A DNA stretch of 64,000 nt from an uncultured Gammaproteobacteria bacterium (GTDB lineage: Bacteria; Patescibacteriota; Microgenomatia; UBA10105; UBA927), in contig CAYGFH010000001.1 in assembly GCA_964349125.1 (NCBI GenBank), forward strand, positions 261,408 through 325,407, given 5' to 3'. Shown in pieces: positions 35,762 through 46,720 of the stretch; the first letter of the stretch is position 1; every line of letters begins with the position of its first letter. The notes below the pieces were generated by a model, which made no database searches, was not told the origin of the DNA, and saw only the letters and a list, made by a program, of their open reading frames with translations. The translations under genes were made by a program, and so were the position numbers.

Positions 35762-36133
35762 CTACTGTGGTTTATGCAGTATCTTTTCCATGGTTTTTCC
35801 TTTTGCGAGTTCTTCGACCAGTTTATCCAGATAGCGGATTTCGCGCATAATCGGTTCTTCTATCTGGGCCAGTTTGACCCCACAGATAGTACCGGTAATA
35901 AGTGACCTTTGAGGGTTCATGCGTGGCGCGTTACTAAAAAACGTTTCAAAGTCCGTTTCTTTTTTTAATTCGTTTTCGAGTTCTTTCTGACTATATCCTG
36001 TTAACCACCTGATTATTTCATCGACTTCCTCTTTGGTGCGACCCTTTCTCTCTGCCTTCGCGACATATGCAGGATACACGCGTGCCACACTCATGGTATA
36101 TATTCGAAGAATTGTTGCCTCATTTGTTTTCAT
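35762..36133 (-). CDS. DUF2200 domain protein
   Basis: [37 protein letters not shown] is the canonical DUF2200 N-terminus. Confidence 0.6.
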   Translation of the reverse strand: MKTNEATILRIYTMSVARVYPAYVAKAERKGRTKEEVDEIIRWLTGYSQKELENELKKETDFETFFSNAPRMNPQRSLITGTICGVKLAQIEEPIMREIRYLDKLVEELAKGKTMEKILHKPQ

Positions 36134-36245
36134 ACCCTCATTGTATCATCTCACTTTGTGATTCAATTCTTCAGGATTGATTTCCCGCAGTATAATGAAA
36201 AAGACACATGAACATTAGCTATACTGAACACTTTCTGAAGTTACC

Positions 36246-36647
36246 ATGCAATTGGATTTGTTTGTCCAAACAGTGAAGAGAAAAAAATCGACACGGATGT
36301 CCACCGATGAATGGACAGTCAAGGATGAACTCTGCCACATTGTGTTTTGGCATGAACACTACGCTGCAAATTACAAGGCATTAGCCGAACACACTGACCC
36401 GCCAATGCCCCAGGACATGTCCTCTATAAACATCGCGGGCGTGTTATGGTTAAGACAGTACTCCATAAAAGAACTGCTTCGCAGACTACAGGAAGCTCAC
36501 GATTCTCTGTATACCAGCACAGTGGTGCATAAGGTCCCGCAGATGACATACAGCAAAGGTGGCCGGACATACAAGACAGGAGAATTTCTGAAAATGATCT
36601 CACGACACATTCAAACACATACTTCCAGAGCGCAACGAGAATCATAA
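36246..36647 (+). CDS. DinB/ClbS-like four-helix-bundle protein
   Basis: DELCHIVFWHEHYAANY His-containing helix, typical of the DinB_2/DfsB-like fold. Weak assignment. Confidence 0.4.
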   Translation: MQLDLFVQTVKRKKSTRMSTDEWTVKDELCHIVFWHEHYAANYKALAEHTDPPMPQDMSSINIAGVLWLRQYSIKELLRRLQEAHDSLYTSTVVHKVPQMTYSKGGRTYKTGEFLKMISRHIQTHTSRAQRES

Positions 36648-36677
36648 TAATGAATATAGATTCTGTGATAAAATTCG

Positions 36678-39200
36678 ATGATGGATAATTTCTTTACAAA
36701 ATCTGCAGACGAGACAATAAAAATATTGCAAAGTAATTTCAACGGATTATCACAGCTAGAAGCCGATAGACGTCTCATAAAATTTGGCAAAAATATTCTC
36801 ACAGAAGAAAAAATTAACTATATTCAACTATTGGTTAGACAAATTAGAAATCCGATAATTTACATACTCATTTTAGCCGGAGTCATCTCGCTATTTATTG
36901 GAGACATCAAAGATTTCTCCGTAATCCTTGTTGTCATTATTGTCAATACAATTATTGGATTCTGGCAGGAATTACGCGCAGAGGTATCTACTCAAGCGTT
37001 ACGAAAAATGACGGAGACCCAAGTAACTGTAAAGCGTGATGGCAGGTCAAGGATGATACCTTCGTCTGATTTGGTTCCGGGAGATATGGTCACGCTTCGC
37101 GAGGGAGATGTCATAGGGGCAGATTTGCGACTTTTAGAATCTAACATGCTGCAGTTAAACGAGTCTGCAATTACTGGTGAATCTATGCCAGTTGAGAAAA
37201 ATGCCAACACAATACTATCTGAAATGGCACAGGTATTCGAGCTCGAGAACATACTTCTTTCCGGCACAGTAGTTGTAAAAGGAACTGGCCTCGGAATAGT
37301 TATATACACCGGCAAGAGTACATATTTGGCATCGATAGCAAAAAAAGTACTTGAGAAATCTCCTGATAGCCCTCTGACAATCGCACTTTCGCGATTTTCG
37401 AAAAACTACCTGGTTATTATTTTTATTTTAATCGGACTTATCGGAGCAATTATGCTGTATCAGAAACATTCCCCATTTGAAGTATTTTATGCGCTTCTTG
37501 CTGTTTTAGTTTCGGCAATCCCTGAAGGACTGCCCATCGTTTTGACGCTTTCACTGGCAGTTGGGTCAATACAGCTAGCTAAACATGGTGTTTTGACTCG
37601 CCATCTTCCTGCAGTAGAAACCTTGGGTAGTACAACATTAATCGCATCAGATAAAACTGGAACTATAACAAAAGGACAATTAACTGTGGCAAAATTCTAC
37701 ACTCAGACTTTTGAAACACTTCGATTAATCGCTGCATTAGCAAATGAGTCTATAGATGGTAAATCCGGCGATCCCTTGGATATCACGCTGGCGAAATGGT
37801 TGGGAAGCGATTTCATAAAACTAAAAAGGACATATTCTACAACTAAAATGCACCCCTTTGACCCTGTACATAAATATACAGCAATAACTGTATCTGGGGA
37901 AAAAGATACCATAACATACATAAAAGGTGCATTCGAGACACTTGCAAAATTATCAAATAACTCCAAAGTTCATTTAAAAAATCTTACTACCGAGCACGAC
38001 CAAATGGCTAAAGAAGGTCTCAGAGTGCTTGCGTTTGGCAAATCCACCAGTTCAGGGAATTTTGAAACATGGCAAATTGATATTGTAGGACTTATTGGAT
38101 TTATAGACCCTCCAAAAACTGGAGTCAAAGAAGCCGTGAAGGCAGCACAGGACGCTGGAGTAAAAATTATTATGATTACTGGAGATAACCCAATAACTGC
38201 TGAAGCCATAGCCAGACTGGTTGGAATCTATAAAGAGGGAGATATCGTAATGACTGGTAAGGAAATTGACGCGCTCAATGATTCAGACCTTGAGAAGAAA
38301 CTACCACGTACTTCAGTATTGGCAAGGATTGTCCCTGAACACAAGTACAGGATCGTCAAATTACTTCAAAATAAAGATGTTGTGGCTATGACAGGAGACG
38401 GGGTAAATGATGTGCTTGCGCTTAAAGCAGCTGATCTGGGTATTGCAATGGGATCAGGAACAGAAGCCGCTAAATCAACAGCAAAAATGATTTTACTGGA
38501 CGACAATCTTTCTGTGATCGTTGAGGCTATCAGACGTGGCAGAATAATAGCTGACAACATTAGAAAAGTTATTTATTATCTAGTAGTCACTAATCTGTCA
38601 CAAATTTTTCTTATATTTTCCTCTATTCTGTTAAATTTACCTTTTCCACTGAAACCTATCCATATTCTCTGGATTAATCTGGTTACTGATGGTGTTCAGG
38701 ACAAAACGTTTCCATTTATTGGTGAAGAGGGAAATGTTATGACTCGACCACCTCAAAAAATTTCCGAAATGTTTTTCAATCGCACTCAATTACAAAACAT
38801 CATCTATGGCGCAATCGCATTGGGCTTACCAAACCTACTTTTATATCTCTATATGCTTCCTAGGTTCTCTCCTGGCGAGACAACAACCACAGTCTTTACA
38901 TCCATGGTTATAGCACAGTGGATAAACGGAATACATGCACAGAAGAATACTGAGCCATTCTTCAAAAATATTCACAGAAGCATTTTTATAAATCCGTCTA
39001 TTTGGATAGGCGTGTTGGCAGGTATCATGCTACAAAGCATAGTCATCTTTTGGATGAACGAGTGGTTTGAAACCGTGCGAATAAGTATATCTCATTTCAG
39101 ACTAATCGGATTAACTTCAGTATGTATATTTTCACTACTGGAGATCAAAAAATGGATAATATTCTATCTGAATACCAAACGTATCCAAAATCTACATTGA
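36678..39200 (+). CDS. P-type cation-transporting ATPase (P2/P3-type, Ca2+/Mg2+-like)
   Basis: DKTGTIT phosphorylation motif, TGDN, GDGVNDVLALKAADLGIAMG hinge motif and 10 transmembrane helices. 840 aa. Confidence 0.85.
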   Translation: MMDNFFTKSADETIKILQSNFNGLSQLEADRRLIKFGKNILTEEKINYIQLLVRQIRNPIIYILILAGVISLFIGDIKDFSVILVVIIVNTIIGFWQELRAEVSTQALRKMTETQVTVKRDGRSRMIPSSDLVPGDMVTLREGDVIGADLRLLESNMLQLNESAITGESMPVEKNANTILSEMAQVFELENILLSGTVVVKGTGLGIVIYTGKSTYLASIAKKVLEKSPDSPLTIALSRFSKNYLVIIFILIGLIGAIMLYQKHSPFEVFYALLAVLVSAIPEGLPIVLTLSLAVGSIQLAKHGVLTRHLPAVETLGSTTLIASDKTGTITKGQLTVAKFYTQTFETLRLIAALANESIDGKSGDPLDITLAKWLGSDFIKLKRTYSTTKMHPFDPVHKYTAITVSGEKDTITYIKGAFETLAKLSNNSKVHLKNLTTEHDQMAKEGLRVLAFGKSTSSGNFETWQIDIVGLIGFIDPPKTGVKEAVKAAQDAGVKIIMITGDNPITAEAIARLVGIYKEGDIVMTGKEIDALNDSDLEKKLPRTSVLARIVPEHKYRIVKLLQNKDVVAMTGDGVNDVLALKAADLGIAMGSGTEAAKSTAKMILLDDNLSVIVEAIRRGRIIADNIRKVIYYLVVTNLSQIFLIFSSILLNLPFPLKPIHILWINLVTDGVQDKTFPFIGEEGNVMTRPPQKISEMFFNRTQLQNIIYGAIALGLPNLLLYLYMLPRFSPGETTTTVFTSMVIAQWINGIHAQKNTEPFFKNIHRSIFINPSIWIGVLAGIMLQSIVIFWMNEWFETVRISISHFRLIGLTSVCIFSLLEIKKWIIFYLNTKRIQNLH

Positions 39201-39201
39201 G

Positions 39202-39867
39202 TTATTTCCAATCAATAGGCGTCTTACCATGCTCAGAAAGATATGCGTTACATTTGGAAAAATGGTGATTGCCGTAAAATTTCGTGACCGAAAATGGCGA
39301 GGGGTGAGAACTTGCAAGCACAAGATTGTTCTCTCTGTTTATCACACTCCCCTTTTCCTGTGCATACCTGCCCCAAAGCATGTATACAATATGCTCACGT
39401 TTGGCGTTGAGTACCGTTATCACACTGTTTGTAAACTCTTCCCACCCGAGTCCGGCGTGGGAAGCGGGTGTATCTGCAAGAACCGTAAGTACGCTGTTGA
39501 GCATCAGAACTCCCTGACTCGCCCAGCGGGTCAGATCACCTGAGGCAAGAGGCGTTATACCAAGATCATTTTTAATTTCTTTATAGATATTCTGCAGTGA
39601 CGGTGGAAGTTTGATGCCATCGTTCACTGAAAATGATAATCCGTTTGCCTGGTGCTCCCCATGATACGGATCTTGGCCTATGATCACCACTTTTACTTCG
39701 CCCAGAGGACAGAGATCAAATGCGCGAAAGACATTGGGGGCGGGGGGAAACACCGTTTTTGTTTTATACTGTTCCCGCACGGTGTCAGTAAGTGTTTGCC
39801 AATATGGTTTTTCAAACTCAGGCAGTAGTACCAGTTTCCAGCTTGGATGAATCTTTACGTCATGCAT
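39202..39867 (-). CDS. ung: uracil-DNA glycosylase, family 1
   Basis: Motifs GQDPYHG and HPSPLS-like HPSPFS. 221 aa. Confidence 0.85.
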   Translation of the reverse strand: MHDVKIHPSWKLVLLPEFEKPYWQTLTDTVREQYKTKTVFPPAPNVFRAFDLCPLGEVKVVIIGQDPYHGEHQANGLSFSVNDGIKLPPSLQNIYKEIKNDLGITPLASGDLTRWASQGVLMLNSVLTVLADTPASHAGLGWEEFTNSVITVLNAKREHIVYMLWGRYAQEKGSVINRENNLVLASSHPSPFSVTKFYGNHHFSKCNAYLSEHGKTPIDWK

Positions 39868-39961
39868 AATTGAATTTCATTATACACAAAAACTAACCGA
39901 GTTGGAGTGAAAAATCTGATTAATCTTTATAAGCCAGATTGAACCTGGTATAGTTGTTTTT

Positions 39962-42622
39962 ATGGTTATGCAAACCTTTTCCACTCCCATGATGCGGCAG
40001 TATTATGATATACGCAAAAAATTTCCGGGATGCCTCCTGTTTTACCGCATGGGAGATTTCTATGAGCTTTTTCTGGAAGATGCATACATTGGAGCGAAGG
40101 TACTCAATATTACCCTCACCAGTAAAGCAGGAGGAAAAGATGGCAGAATTCCCATGGCAGGAATACCATATCATGCCGTGGACAGTTATCTGGCAAAGCT
40201 TATCAAAGCGGGATACAAAGTCGCCATCTGTGAGCAACTCTCACCACCAAATACGCGTGGACTCGTAGAACGGGATGTGGTGCGTGTTGTCACACCTGGC
40301 ACAATGCTTGATGAAAACTCTCTGGAGAAAAAAGAAAATAATTATCTGGTAAGTATAATGGTAACATCAGATCGAGCAGCCATCGCTGTTGCTGACCTAT
40401 CCACCGGATACTTTGCGGTATCGGAAAAAGAAGGCATATATAAACAATGGCTATTGGATGAACTCGCCCGTCTCTCCCCCAGCGAATGTATTTTGCCTGA
40501 TCTTCTCTATAACGATACCTCACTCCTAAAGCTCATCAAGGCGCAGCAAGGCATGAATATATATAGCTTGAAGACATGGGATCAATATGTGAAACACGCT
40601 GAGAAATTACTGAAAGAACACTTTGGAGTACGGACTCTGGCAGCATTCGGTATTGAGGGAAAACCATTGTCACTTGAAGTGGCGGCAGCACTCCTAGGAT
40701 ACCTGCAGGAAACACAAATGACAACAGTGAAACATATCCGTACCATCGATGTGTACGAATCTGATGCCACAATGGTATTGGATAAATCCACAATACTCAA
40801 TCTAGAATTATTTGCAACGATACGGGATCATGACACACACGGATCACTCCTTTCAGTATTAGATGACACAGTTACCGCCATGGGTGGACGCCTGCTCAAG
40901 ATATGGCTCAAAAAACCACTAATATCAACGGAAGAAGTGACTGCTCGTCATGATGGCGTCGGAGTTTTTTTATCGGAACATAAAAAACGTGAGAGCGTCA
41001 GAAAACAGATGGAGGAAGTCAACGATGTCGAGAGGATATTGTCCCGACTTTCCGTAAATATTGGTAACGCCAGGGATCTGGTAAATATACAGAAATCACT
41101 GGAAAAAATTCTGGAAATACGTGCATTTTTGGAAAAAGATACGGTTCTGCACACGCATATTTGCAGTGATATTGCCGGTGCCATTACGCCTGATATTCTG
41201 ACTGTCATTACCAACATCAAACATACCATAGTTTCCGAACCTCCGATTGATATAAAAAACGGCGGGATGATTCAAAATGGAATACATGCCCAGCTGGACA
41301 AATTGCGTAGCATCATTGGCAACAGTAAGGAATGGATAGCAGAGCTTGAGAAGTCCGAGCGCGAAAAAACCGGTATAGGGTCATTAAAGATTCGCTACAA
41401 TCAGGTATTCGGATTTTATATTGAAATCAGCAAGTCCAACTTACATCTGGCACCCAAAACATACATGAGGAAACAAACTCTGGTGAATGCCGAGAGGTTT
41501 ATAACCAATGATCTTAAAAAACATGAAGAAATCATTCTGAACGCGCAGGAAAAAGCAAATGAATTGGAGTATGAATTGTTCACAGAAGTGCTGAGGCATA
41601 TGCTCGAGTTTACACCCGCTATACAACAGGCAGCTCAGGCGATAGGAACACTTGATTGCATTACCACATACGCACACATAAGTCAGAAATATGGATACGT
41701 AAGGCCGACTCTTCGAAGCGACGGAGAAATTTACATAGATCAGGGACGACACCCCGTTGTAGAAAGACTGCTAGGCATGGATTCGCAATTTGTCCCCAAC
41801 AATACGCAGTTGGGCAACACATCACAGAGTATGCTTCTGATCACAGGGCCTAATATGGCAGGAAAATCTGTATATATACGGCAAGTTGCCCTTATAGTAC
41901 TCCTTTGTCAGATCGGTTGTTTTGTACCCGCAAAGAGTGCTCACTTATCTATGGTCGACAGGATATTCGTGAGATCAGGTGCATCTGACGTTATCACTTC
42001 CGGACTGTCCACATTTATGGTGGAGATGGTGGAAACTGCACAAATATTGCGAAACGCCACTGAGAAATCACTGATTATCATGGATGAAATTGGTCGCGGT
42101 ACAAGTACATATGATGGTATATCTATAGCTTGGGCAGTCGCGCAGTATATCGCCACGCATTTTCCATCAGCTCCAAAAACACTCTTTGCCACCCACTATC
42201 ATGAACTGCAGATTTTGGAAAAGGAATATCCAAGCGTCATCAAAAATTACCATATGGCGGTTGCTGGAGAAGCAGAATCACCGATTTTTTTACATACCTT
42301 ATTTCCAGGAGGGGCATCTCATTCATTTGGCATAGCGGTTGCAAAACTGGCAGGTATTCCTGATGAAGTATTGAAAGAAGCACGAATCATGCTGAAGCAT
42401 CTGGAAGAGCGTAGTCAGTCAGAAATAGCAGAACACGACACGGCTACTCTTCCTACTGCTCAAGATAAACAAACAGTTGCGCTCTACCTGATTCAAAACG
42501 AATTGGCGAAGATTGATATTGCTCATATGACACCAATAGATGCAATGAACAAACTGGCCCAGTTGCAAGAACAAGTAAAGCTTTTACAAACCGCTTCCAA
42601 AGCGTTTCGGGATATAGACTAA
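39962..42622 (+). CDS. mutS: DNA mismatch repair protein MutS
   Basis: N-terminal mismatch-binding motif (TPMMRQYYDIRKKFPGCLLFYRMGDFYELF), Walker A (GPNMAGKS) and the DEIGRGTSTYDG motif. Confidence 0.9.
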   Translation: MVMQTFSTPMMRQYYDIRKKFPGCLLFYRMGDFYELFLEDAYIGAKVLNITLTSKAGGKDGRIPMAGIPYHAVDSYLAKLIKAGYKVAICEQLSPPNTRGLVERDVVRVVTPGTMLDENSLEKKENNYLVSIMVTSDRAAIAVADLSTGYFAVSEKEGIYKQWLLDELARLSPSECILPDLLYNDTSLLKLIKAQQGMNIYSLKTWDQYVKHAEKLLKEHFGVRTLAAFGIEGKPLSLEVAAALLGYLQETQMTTVKHIRTIDVYESDATMVLDKSTILNLELFATIRDHDTHGSLLSVLDDTVTAMGGRLLKIWLKKPLISTEEVTARHDGVGVFLSEHKKRESVRKQMEEVNDVERILSRLSVNIGNARDLVNIQKSLEKILEIRAFLEKDTVLHTHICSDIAGAITPDILTVITNIKHTIVSEPPIDIKNGGMIQNGIHAQLDKLRSIIGNSKEWIAELEKSEREKTGIGSLKIRYNQVFGFYIEISKSNLHLAPKTYMRKQTLVNAERFITNDLKKHEEIILNAQEKANELEYELFTEVLRHMLEFTPAIQQAAQAIGTLDCITTYAHISQKYGYVRPTLRSDGEIYIDQGRHPVVERLLGMDSQFVPNNTQLGNTSQSMLLITGPNMAGKSVYIRQVALIVLLCQIGCFVPAKSAHLSMVDRIFVRSGASDVITSGLSTFMVEMVETAQILRNATEKSLIIMDEIGRGTSTYDGISIAWAVAQYIATHFPSAPKTLFATHYHELQILEKEYPSVIKNYHMAVAGEAESPIFLHTLFPGGASHSFGIAVAKLAGIPDEVLKEARIMLKHLEERSQSEIAEHDTATLPTAQDKQTVALYLIQNELAKIDIAHMTPIDAMNKLAQLQEQVKLLQTASKAFRDID

Positions 42623-42624
42623 GT

Positions 42625-44286
42625 ATGATTACTATTCATGAACTATCCCCACTGGTTGTGGCAAAAATTGCAGCAGGAGAGGTTATCGAACGCCCCTCTT
42701 ACGCAATCAAAGAATTGATCGAAAATGCCATAGATGCGCAAGCTACAGAAATAAAAATTCACATCGAGGAGGCAGGACTCGCTAAACTTCAGGTGATAGA
42801 CAACGGCATAGGCATGTCTGAAGAAGATGTGATGGAATGCTGGAAACCTCATACAACCAGTAAGCTGGAAAGCGAATATGATCTTCATACCATCCGAAGT
42901 TTTGGTTTCAGGGGAGAAGCGCTCTCTTCATTGGGAGCCATAAGCAAGATCACAATTCAAAGTAGACAACAGGCCTCTCCTACAGGGTTTTCAGTAAGTA
43001 TACGCAATGGAACGCTTGATCGATCGTCCGTCGTAGGGATGTCTATGGGGACAATCGTGACTGCTGAAAATCTCTTTGAAAAAATTCCCGCTCGAAAAAA
43101 ATTTCTGAAATCTTCACAAACTGAATTACGCTACTGTATTGGTATGGTCGAACAGTTCGCGATGAGCTATCCCGATATACAATTTACGCTTACCCATGGA
43201 AAAAAGACAGTACTGACTTTCCCCCCAGCAAAAGAAAGGATAGATCGTATTGCACAAATATTAGGAGATATTACCTGTTCGTTTCTGATACCCTTTAAAA
43301 AAGAGAAAAGTTATATCGCCATCGAAGGATATATTGCTAAACCACAAATGCATAGCAGTACACAAAGCAAACAATACCTATTTCTAAACGGCAGAGCAGT
43401 CAGTGATAAATCAGTAGCGATGGCAGTCAAAGAGGCCTATGGGACTATGCTTGAATCCAATACGTATCCCCTTTTTGTCCTATACATTTCGCTACCTTAT
43501 GACATGGTGGACATCAATGTTCATCCGCGTAAAGAACAGGTAAGCTTCACCGATGCCAGATTCTTATTTCAAACAGTTAAAGATATGATCGCAGAAGTAC
43601 TTGGAGAACATAATCTTGTATATGAAAATCTTTCGTGGAAAAAAACAGGGGCGGGACTAGCCAACAGTTTCGCGGGAAATTTACTAAAAGAATCTGTACT
43701 AAATGCTGAAAAATATGCAGTTGAACACCCATCTTTTATCCAGCAATTCCATAGATTATATATCATAGTTACAACGAAACATTCACTCCATATATATGAT
43801 CAGCATGCCGCACATGAACGCATATTGTTTGAGAAACTCAAAAATGAATTTCTGATACTAAAAGGAGAAAAGAAATCAATAGTACTTTCAACACCTATCA
43901 GACTCATATGCACAAAACGTGAGCAATTAACACTGAACGAACATATTGGAGAGTTTGAAAAACTGGGATTTACGTTCAAAGGCGACAATATAACACATAT
44001 TCCTTTACTCTTTAAGGATAGAAATCCGAATGATTTTATACAACGTATGCTCGAAGATCTGGAGGTCACACACAAACCAAAGGCTGTAGACACTATGTCA
44101 GAAGAAATGCTAGCGTTCCTCGCGTGCAGAGCTGCAGTAAAAGCAGGAGATCTTTTATCAGAAGTACAAATGAAAACAATAGTGCAGGAATTGGAAACCA
44201 CTCCGAATAAATCGACTTGCCCGCATGGCAGACCCACACAGGTAGCAATGCATGTTCATGAACTCAATAGTCTGTTTAAGCGATGA
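42625..44286 (+). CDS. mutL: DNA mismatch repair protein MutL
   Basis: GHKL ATPase motifs (ELIENAIDA, DNGIGM, GFRGEAL). The C-terminal dimerisation domain contains a CPHGRP motif. The 2-bp gap after mutS suggests an operon. Confidence 0.9.
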   Translation: MITIHELSPLVVAKIAAGEVIERPSYAIKELIENAIDAQATEIKIHIEEAGLAKLQVIDNGIGMSEEDVMECWKPHTTSKLESEYDLHTIRSFGFRGEALSSLGAISKITIQSRQQASPTGFSVSIRNGTLDRSSVVGMSMGTIVTAENLFEKIPARKKFLKSSQTELRYCIGMVEQFAMSYPDIQFTLTHGKKTVLTFPPAKERIDRIAQILGDITCSFLIPFKKEKSYIAIEGYIAKPQMHSSTQSKQYLFLNGRAVSDKSVAMAVKEAYGTMLESNTYPLFVLYISLPYDMVDINVHPRKEQVSFTDARFLFQTVKDMIAEVLGEHNLVYENLSWKKTGAGLANSFAGNLLKESVLNAEKYAVEHPSFIQQFHRLYIIVTTKHSLHIYDQHAAHERILFEKLKNEFLILKGEKKSIVLSTPIRLICTKREQLTLNEHIGEFEKLGFTFKGDNITHIPLLFKDRNPNDFIQRMLEDLEVTHKPKAVDTMSEEMLAFLACRAAVKAGDLLSEVQMKTIVQELETTPNKSTCPHGRPTQVAMHVHELNSLFKR

Positions 44287-44331
44287 ATATACATAACATA
44301 TATTTTGTAATTTGACATACATTTAATTCTT

Positions 44332-44961
44332 TTGTACGCTATTCTTGTGACTGATTTGAGAATGCTTGAACAGATAGAAAATCTTATCGCTCTTTTTAAC
44401 TCTCTTCCGGGAGCATATCTCATTCTCTCCCCTGACGATGACTTTACAATCCTTGCCGTGGATGATGCGTACTTACAAGCTACAAACACCATTCGAGATC
44501 GTATAGTCGGAAGGCCACTTTTTGAAGTATTCCCCGATGACCCTCAAGATATTGGAGCCACTGGTGTGCATAATCTCACGGAATCTCTTCGTACTACGAT
44601 TCGTGAAAAGAAGCCACATAAAATGCCAGTACAAAAGTATAATATCCCGCAACCAGGAAGTGCATTATTTCAGGAAAGATATTGGAGCCCAATTAATACA
44701 GCAGTTATGGACAAGGATGGCAACGTTATCTGCATAATTCACCATGTCTCAGATGTTACGGAATATGCTAAGCTTGAGGATTCATTTCATACTGCCTCCA
44801 ACATAATCAAAGAGTCCAGTTCAGAGTTAATTAATAAGGTAAAAAAACTACAGGAACTCAATGCGCTTCTCATACAAAGGGAAGCAAAAATGTCCCAATT
44901 AAAAGAAGAAAATGTAAGATTGCAGAAAATGATAGTAGAGTTGCAGGAAAAAATTGTGTAA
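44332..44961 (+). CDS. PAS-domain protein with C-terminal coiled coil
   Basis: PAS-like core (ILAVDDAYLQATNTIRDRIVGRPLFEVFP...WSPINTAVMDKDGNVICIIH). The C-terminal 60 aa are heptad-rich. The ORF-track start is TTG; the first ATG is at 44362. Confidence 0.5.
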   Translation: MYAILVTDLRMLEQIENLIALFNSLPGAYLILSPDDDFTILAVDDAYLQATNTIRDRIVGRPLFEVFPDDPQDIGATGVHNLTESLRTTIREKKPHKMPVQKYNIPQPGSALFQERYWSPINTAVMDKDGNVICIIHHVSDVTEYAKLEDSFHTASNIIKESSSELINKVKKLQELNALLIQREAKMSQLKEENVRLQKMIVELQEKIV

Positions 44962-45175
44962 GGGCAGATCCTCTTTCTCTCACACACGGATGTGTCTATA
45001 GTAAATATTTAATGATGCGTCCTACGTACCATATATAAAAATCTAACGAGAGATCAGTGGTCTGCCGTATATGTTTAATAGTATTTTACTCACTGACACG
45101 GCTGATAATTTGCTTTTTGTATTTCTACTTCCACCGGTTAGGCATTTCTGAAATGATGGGTGCCAGAATATCTTG

Positions 45176-45439
45176 CTACTCATCATATGGAGTTTTTATA
45201 ACTTTTTTCATGATCCACCATGGTTTTGTCCACCCATGTGTATGATAACGGAATAAAAAATGAATAAAAAAACCAAATACGATCGAAATCTTTATAAAAA
45301 TCCATACCGCACTCAAGCCTGCCAGACTGTGGACTATGGCAAGGATGATACATATAATGACCCATTTCCGGATACGAAATGAACTATCCTGACCATGCAT
45401 AACTATATAGAACTCCCTTTGTATACGTTTTTTCATCAT
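45176..45439 (-). CDS. small membrane protein
   Basis: 87 aa with two transmembrane helices. Abuts the racemase gene. Confidence 0.35.
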   Translation of the reverse strand: MMKKRIQREFYIVMHGQDSSFRIRKWVIICIILAIVHSLAGLSAVWIFIKISIVFGFFIHFLFRYHTHGWTKPWWIMKKVIKTPYDE

Positions 45440-45440
45440 G

Positions 45441-46130
45441 CTAAGCTTGTATTTCCCGTACTGTAGCTTTTACTAAGATTTCCATAGAATCATATATATG
45501 TATACGATCGTTCTTAGGAATGAGTAACTGCAGATCTGTACAAGCCAACACAACATCCTGCACACCTTTTTGAACTAAACGCCCGATACAATTTAATAGA
45601 GATTCCCGATCTTCTTTATCGTACTTGTTTATAACGAGATTATTTATTAATATACCGATTTTTTCCTGATCGACAGTATCTGGAAGAACGATAGCAATAC
45701 CGTTTTTTCCCAGCGGAGATTCATACAGTTTTTTTCCTATTGTTGATTTTGTAGCCAATAATCCAATTTGTGTAATGTGTTTACGTTTTAGAAACGCCGC
45801 TGTTTCCTCAACAATACTTAAGACAGGAATCTTTACTGCACTTCTGACGTGTTCAATAAACATATGAACTGAATTGCACGGGATGACAATGAAGTCCGCC
45901 CCTCCCTTTTCGAGACGCACTGCCGCATCCTGTAAATATGGGATATATCTATTTTCCCCCACAGCTTTTGTAATTAAATCCTCTTCGATTTGATACGGAA
46001 GAGGAATACTCCACATAAGAAGTGGTGGTCTTTCCACAGCATGTTCCTGAAACATAGTATAAATAACTTCCTGATAGAATTGTGCTGTTGTTTCAGGTCC
46101 AAGGCCTCCGATAATTCCAGCGGTTTTCAT
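45441..46130 (-). CDS. aspartate/glutamate racemase family protein
   Basis: MKTAGIIGGLGPETT N-terminus. The Cys/Thr catalytic dyad context is typical of Asp/Glu/hydantoin racemases. Confidence 0.75.
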   Translation of the reverse strand: MKTAGIIGGLGPETTAQFYQEVIYTMFQEHAVERPPLLMWSIPLPYQIEEDLITKAVGENRYIPYLQDAAVRLEKGGADFIVIPCNSVHMFIEHVRSAVKIPVLSIVEETAAFLKRKHITQIGLLATKSTIGKKLYESPLGKNGIAIVLPDTVDQEKIGILINNLVINKYDKEDRESLLNCIGRLVQKGVQDVVLACTDLQLLIPKNDRIHIYDSMEILVKATVREIQA

Positions 46131-46338
46131 ATATTCATAATACTATAAATGAGATTGAAATATACTGTTCTAACAGTTTTTCCAATAGAACGCTGTGTTA
46201 TATCGGAACAATTGTGCACAGTGCCTTCAAAGAGAGATGCTCGATGCATCGATGTATGAGGAGAACGCAATTTTAACGCATACCTATTTGCATGTGTGGC
46301 GGGTTTTGCTCTCTCTTTTTAAAAAACTATTCGCATTA

Positions 46339-46701
46339 TCACTTCTTTCGCGTTGTTTGCATATCCTTCACTCTCGATAAAACGATTTTTCTAACCAGTG
46401 CTAATGGCAACGGCGTATCGAGTGGAAACTGTAGTGTTCCCTTTCCCTTTATATACGGTTTCAGTTCATCTTTAAAACGTGCTATGCCTGACGGTGCTGG
46501 ATAAAATCCTATATGTCCTTTATACCCAGCGAAATGCACCAGATTTTTACCATACAACGTGTATGTTGGAATTCCATATTTGATGCATTCCACTGCCTCC
46601 GGAACTGATTTTTGTATCATCTGCCTAATAGACTGTAATTTACTTTGAGTATCCGGAGAAAATTCTTGTATATGCTCGTCTATGGATTTTGACACTTTCA
46701 T
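46339..46701 (-). CDS. DUF1801 (YdhG-like) domain protein
   Basis: IDEHIQEFSPDTQSKLQSIRQMIQKSVPEA...HFAGYKGHIGFY matches DUF1801. Confidence 0.55.
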   Translation of the reverse strand: MKVSKSIDEHIQEFSPDTQSKLQSIRQMIQKSVPEAVECIKYGIPTYTLYGKNLVHFAGYKGHIGFYPAPSGIARFKDELKPYIKGKGTLQFPLDTPLPLALVRKIVLSRVKDMQTTRKK

Positions 46702-46720
46702 ACGTGAGATCCGTATCGTG

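Noticed and set aside
32384-36650. Active integrative element or prophage
   Set aside because: There is no integrase, excisionase, transposase or phage structural gene anywhere in 32-37 kb. Only att-like tRNA 3'-end duplicates remain, so it is called a remnant.
44962-45175. Possible ncRNA in the 215-bp gene-free gap after the PAS protein
   Set aside because: There is no convincing conserved structure, promoter/terminator pair or known RNA motif recognisable by eye. It is left unannotated.
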